NCBI GenBank assembly: GCA_039794085.1
Contig: JBDIWC010000030.1
Span: 1-51,611, forward strand
Direction of reading: 5' to 3'
From: Gemmatimonadales bacterium
Lineage (GTDB): Bacteria > Gemmatimonadota > Gemmatimonadetes > Gemmatimonadales > GWC2-71-9
Length of the DNA stretch: 51,611 bases
A program made the translations under genes and the position numbers. This document shows positions 48,440 through 51,611 of the stretch, piece by piece (position 1 is the first letter of the stretch; each line of letters opens with the position of its first letter). Under the pieces are notes generated by a model. That model saw only the letters and a list, made by a program, of their open reading frames with translations. It was not told the DNA's origin and made no database searches.

Positions 48440-49940
48440 TTCGATTCGGATTTCCCGGTGCTGACGCCCCTTGCTCGGCCGGTCGAGGAAGTGCGGTTCA
48501 CCACCCGCCCCTACACGCCACCGGAGGAACGGATCACCTCCCCCGAGCCCCGCGAGGGGCTGGAGATTGTCTCAGGCATCGTACGGGCCGTTCGCGAACG
48601 GCCCGTACATCCTCGCCGGGAGGGTCCGCTGCGGACGCGGGGCGGCCGAGATGTCGTTGCTACCTGTCGCCTGGCGGTCTGGGCGTGGATGCTGACCACC
48701 AGGGGCTTCGCTGGTTCGGTTCCCCTGCCGAGCAACCACATCCTGTCAATCCTGTCCATCCATGTCGAAAAACACATACTGCTCCCAAGAGCAGTTTTTT
48801 CTGACAGGATGAACAGGATGAACAGGATGGCCCCCCACCCCTCCCCCGAGCCCCGCGAGGGGCTGGGGATTGTCCCTACCCACCGTACGGGCCGTTCGCG
48901 AACGGCCCGTACATCGTCGCGGGGAGGGGTCCGCCGCGGACGCGGGCGGCGGAAATCTCGAGCGCGGCACCATCTCGCTCGGCCTGGCGTTCGGATTTCC
49001 CGGGGCTGACGCCCCTTGCTCGGCTAGTTGAGGTGGCTCACGCCACCGGATGATCATATCCTGTCCATCCTGTCCATCCATGTCCGAAACCACAGGCACC
49101 CAAGAGCAGTTTTTTCTGACAGGATGAACAGGATGAACAGGATGGCCCCCCACCCCTCCCCCGAGCCCCGCGAGGGGCTGGGGATTGTCCCTACCCACCG
49201 TACGGGCCGTTCGCGAACGGCCCGTACATCGTCGCGGGGAGGTGTCCGCTGCGGGACGCGGGCCGCGGAGGAGATCTCTCGTACGGCACCACCATGGCCG
49301 GCCCTCGCCGTCATCCCGAACACAGTGAGGGATCTGAGAAGGCTGGCTGGTGTACTTCCCGTCGGCTGCGTCCCCCGGCGATCGCTAACCCAGTATAGCC
49401 TCCCTCGATCGTGGGTGATTCGCTGAATTCGTTCCCCTGCCGAGCAACCACATCCTGTCAATCCTGTCCATCCATGTCGAGAAACACATACTGCTCCCAA
49501 GAGCAGCTTTTTCGGACAGGATGAACAGGATGGCCCCCCACCCCTCCCCCGAGCCCCGCGAGGGGCTGGGGATTGTCCTCGGCATCGTACGGGCCGTTCG
49601 CGAACGGCCCGTGCACCGTCGCGGGGGTGGCCGCCGCGGGACGCGGGCTACGGAGATGTCGTTGCTACCTGTCGCCTGGCGGTCTGGGCGTGGATGCTGA
49701 CCACCAGGAATTCGCTGGATCGGTTCCCCCGCAGCGCCACCACATCCTGTTCATCCTGTCCATCCATGTCCAAAAACACATACTGCCCCCAAGAGTAGCT
49801 TTTTCGGACAGGATGAACAGGATGAACAGGATGGCCCTCCACCTCTCCCCCGAGCCTGCGAGGGCTGGGGATTGCCCCAAGCATCGTACGGGCCGTTCGC
49901 GAATGGCCTGTACATCGTCGCGGGGAGGGGTCCGCCGCGG
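48440..49940. repeat. Tandem mosaic array: five copies of a core containing a 28-bp palindrome
   Basis: GTACGGGCCGTTCGCGAACGGCCCGTAC at 48581, 48885 and 49200, with variants at 49587 and 49886. Confidence 0.95.
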
Positions 49941-50166
49941 ATTCCACGACCGACATCGAGAGCCATGGGGAAAGGGGACTGCCCTTCAGGGCATTCACGC
50001 GCAGCGTGCACCGCGTTGGCTTCAGCCAACGTGAACGCGCGAGGACCCTGTTGTCGGCCGCGCAGCCCACGCGGGATGAATCCCGCGCGATGCACCTTCG
50101 GTGACCGGCGCTGAAGCGCCAGCCGCCCGATCCCTTTCTCACTTCGCTTCGCACTCCCCACTCTCC

Positions 50167-51611
50167 TCACTTCCCCACCCGGGTCCAAATCGCCAAGACC
50201 CCGCAGGCTGAACCCGTGGCGTTGAACTCAACCGGGATCTGGGCAGCGGACCGATAGTACTCCATCGCCGCGATGTGGTTAACCGGAAGGTCATCGAGAT
50301 TGACAGGCACCCCTACGGATGATAAACGCGCACCGTCGAGGTACACTTCGACGTAGCAGGGTCCGGCATATTCGGGTAGCATGTCCGCCCGGGAACCACC
50401 CCTTGCCGAGGCGAGGAAGCGTCCGCCCCGCCCACTGATTATCTTCGCCCCCGGGACCAACTGTAGCAGTTCAGGCAGCCGCTGGTACTCCTTCGTCCTC
50501 AGCAGGGAATCGTCCCAGAACTTCCCCCCCACGTTGTATTCCCTCCGCCGGGCCCACTCCCGGAGCTTCACCGGCACCTCCAACGGACCTCGCACCCGGG
50601 TCTCCACCTCCGGGAGCACGAACGCCTCGGCCTGGAGCCGCATGTCCACCCGGCTCGTGTCCTGGCGGAAGGCTCGGAAGGTGTGGGTCGGCTGGTAGCC
50701 GAGCCGGCGGAAGACCACTTCGAACCGGCCTTCGGGCACTCCGGTGACCCGGTACCGCCCCCCGCTGTCGGTGGTGGCCAGGCGTCCCGCATCCACAACA
50801 ATCACCTGCACATCCGGCAGCCCGGTCCCCGCCGAGTCGATCACCCGTCCCTGCAGCACTCCCGCCGGAGCGGCTGCCCGGCGAGTCGCCGGAACCGGCC
50901 GGTATGCCACGCGCACCGGCACCGGGGACTCCATCACCTCCGCATGCACCGGCGGAGCTGCCACGGAACCGGCGTGCACCCGGACCCGCGCCCCGACCGG
51001 CACCCCGCACACCGCCACGAACCCGTCCGGGCTGCTCGTGCCATTGACCTGCACCGCCGGCCGCACCACGCTGACCTGCCGGTCATTGGCCAGTCGCACC
51101 ACCTGGACCTCCGGGTCTCCCACCACAACCACCACCGGGACGTCCGGCGCCACCACGGCCGAATCCTCCCGTTCCACCCGGACCACCACAGCCCCCAGGC
51201 CGTTCCCCACATCGGCGCCCGACCGGCAGAGCCGGGGCTGGCCCGCCACCGACTCCACGCCGTTTGCCCTGAGACCGGGGGCGGAGGGAAGCTGGGGCGT
51301 CCCCTCCCCCACCGCCCGTCCGGTCCCTCCCTCCAGCTGCCATCCCACGATGGACATCTCATCCGCCAGCCGTCTCCGCGCCGCCAGTTCACTGGTGACG
51401 GTCGTCTGTCCCGCCCGGCCACTGAAGCTGCCATCATCAGTCCGGACGCCGTAGACCGGCGTCTGCAGCGACCACTCTCGCACGATCCAGCCGACCCCCG
51501 GCACCGGGGCAAAGGCCACCCGCCCCCCGAACTCCGGGTTGCCCCGGAATTCCCGGGGGAGTTTCACATACCGGTAGGTGATCTCCGCCAGTTCCGCTCC
51601 CCGTCGGCGCA
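50167..51611 (-). CDS. Fusion protein: 8804-10303-like domains + carboxypeptidase-regulatory-like + plug-like domain (5' end outside the window)
   Basis: FGGRVAFAPVPGVGWIV, GTSSPDGFVAVCGVP, then LQGRVID...RRLGY...CYVEVYLDG...CGVLAIWTR. Confidence 0.85.
   Translation of the reverse strand, partial: RRRGAELAEITYRYVKLPREFRGNPEFGGRVAFAPVPGVGWIVREWSLQTPVYGVRTDDGSFSGRAGQTTVTSELAARRRLADEMSIVGWQLEGGTGRAVGEGTPQLPSAPGLRANGVESVAGQPRLCRSGADVGNGLGAVVVRVEREDSAVVAPDVPVVVVVGDPEVQVVRLANDRQVSVVRPAVQVNGTSSPDGFVAVCGVPVGARVRVHAGSVAAPPVHAEVMESPVPVRVAYRPVPATRRAAAPAGVLQGRVIDSAGTGLPDVQVIVVDAGRLATTDSGGRYRVTGVPEGRFEVVFRRLGYQPTHTFRAFRQDTSRVDMRLQAEAFVLPEVETRVRGPLEVPVKLREWARRREYNVGGKFWDDSLLRTKEYQRLPELLQLVPGAKIISGRGGRFLASARGGSRADMLPEYAGPCYVEVYLDGARLSSVGVPVNLDDLPVNHIAAMEYYRSAAQIPVEFNATGSACGVLAIWTRVGK

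Noticed and set aside
48440..49940. CRISPR array
   Set aside because: Conserved unit about 200 bp, period about 300-390 bp, spacers reused and repeat-derived, no cas genes.

Overview
High-GC (about 70% by eye) bacterial chromosome segment. Gene content (many S9/M28 peptidases, carboxypeptidase-regulatory-like proteins, DUF885, DUF4139) suggests Gemmatimonadota; this is inference. Most of the window is housekeeping: icd-like, mrp/nifU/nrnA/guaB, gpmI-mobA-mobB-moeA, a yybP-ykoY riboswitch-htpX-terC operon, a lysine/DAP operon (M20-asd-lysC-dapB-dapA-dapD), an SDR/MFS/cupin/ferredoxin operon and two S9 peptidases. The unusual part is the accessory island at about 5.5-12 kb. It holds a small secreted 4-Cys peptide divergent from an AraC-like regulator, followed by carboxypeptidase-regulatory-like proteins ending in barrel-less TonB-plug-like domains. 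These genes sit in cassette-like units bounded by inverted heptamer arrays and a duplicated ~275-bp element. A fused homologue of two of the island genes lies at the window end, next to a ~1.5-kb mosaic array of palindromic repeats. Intergenic regions carry several repeat families (GTAG- and CGTC-tagged palindromes, 7-mer and 9-mer arrays), but no transposase, integrase or reverse transcriptase is visible. No rRNA, tRNA or CRISPR was found. All product calls come from motif reading, not database searches.
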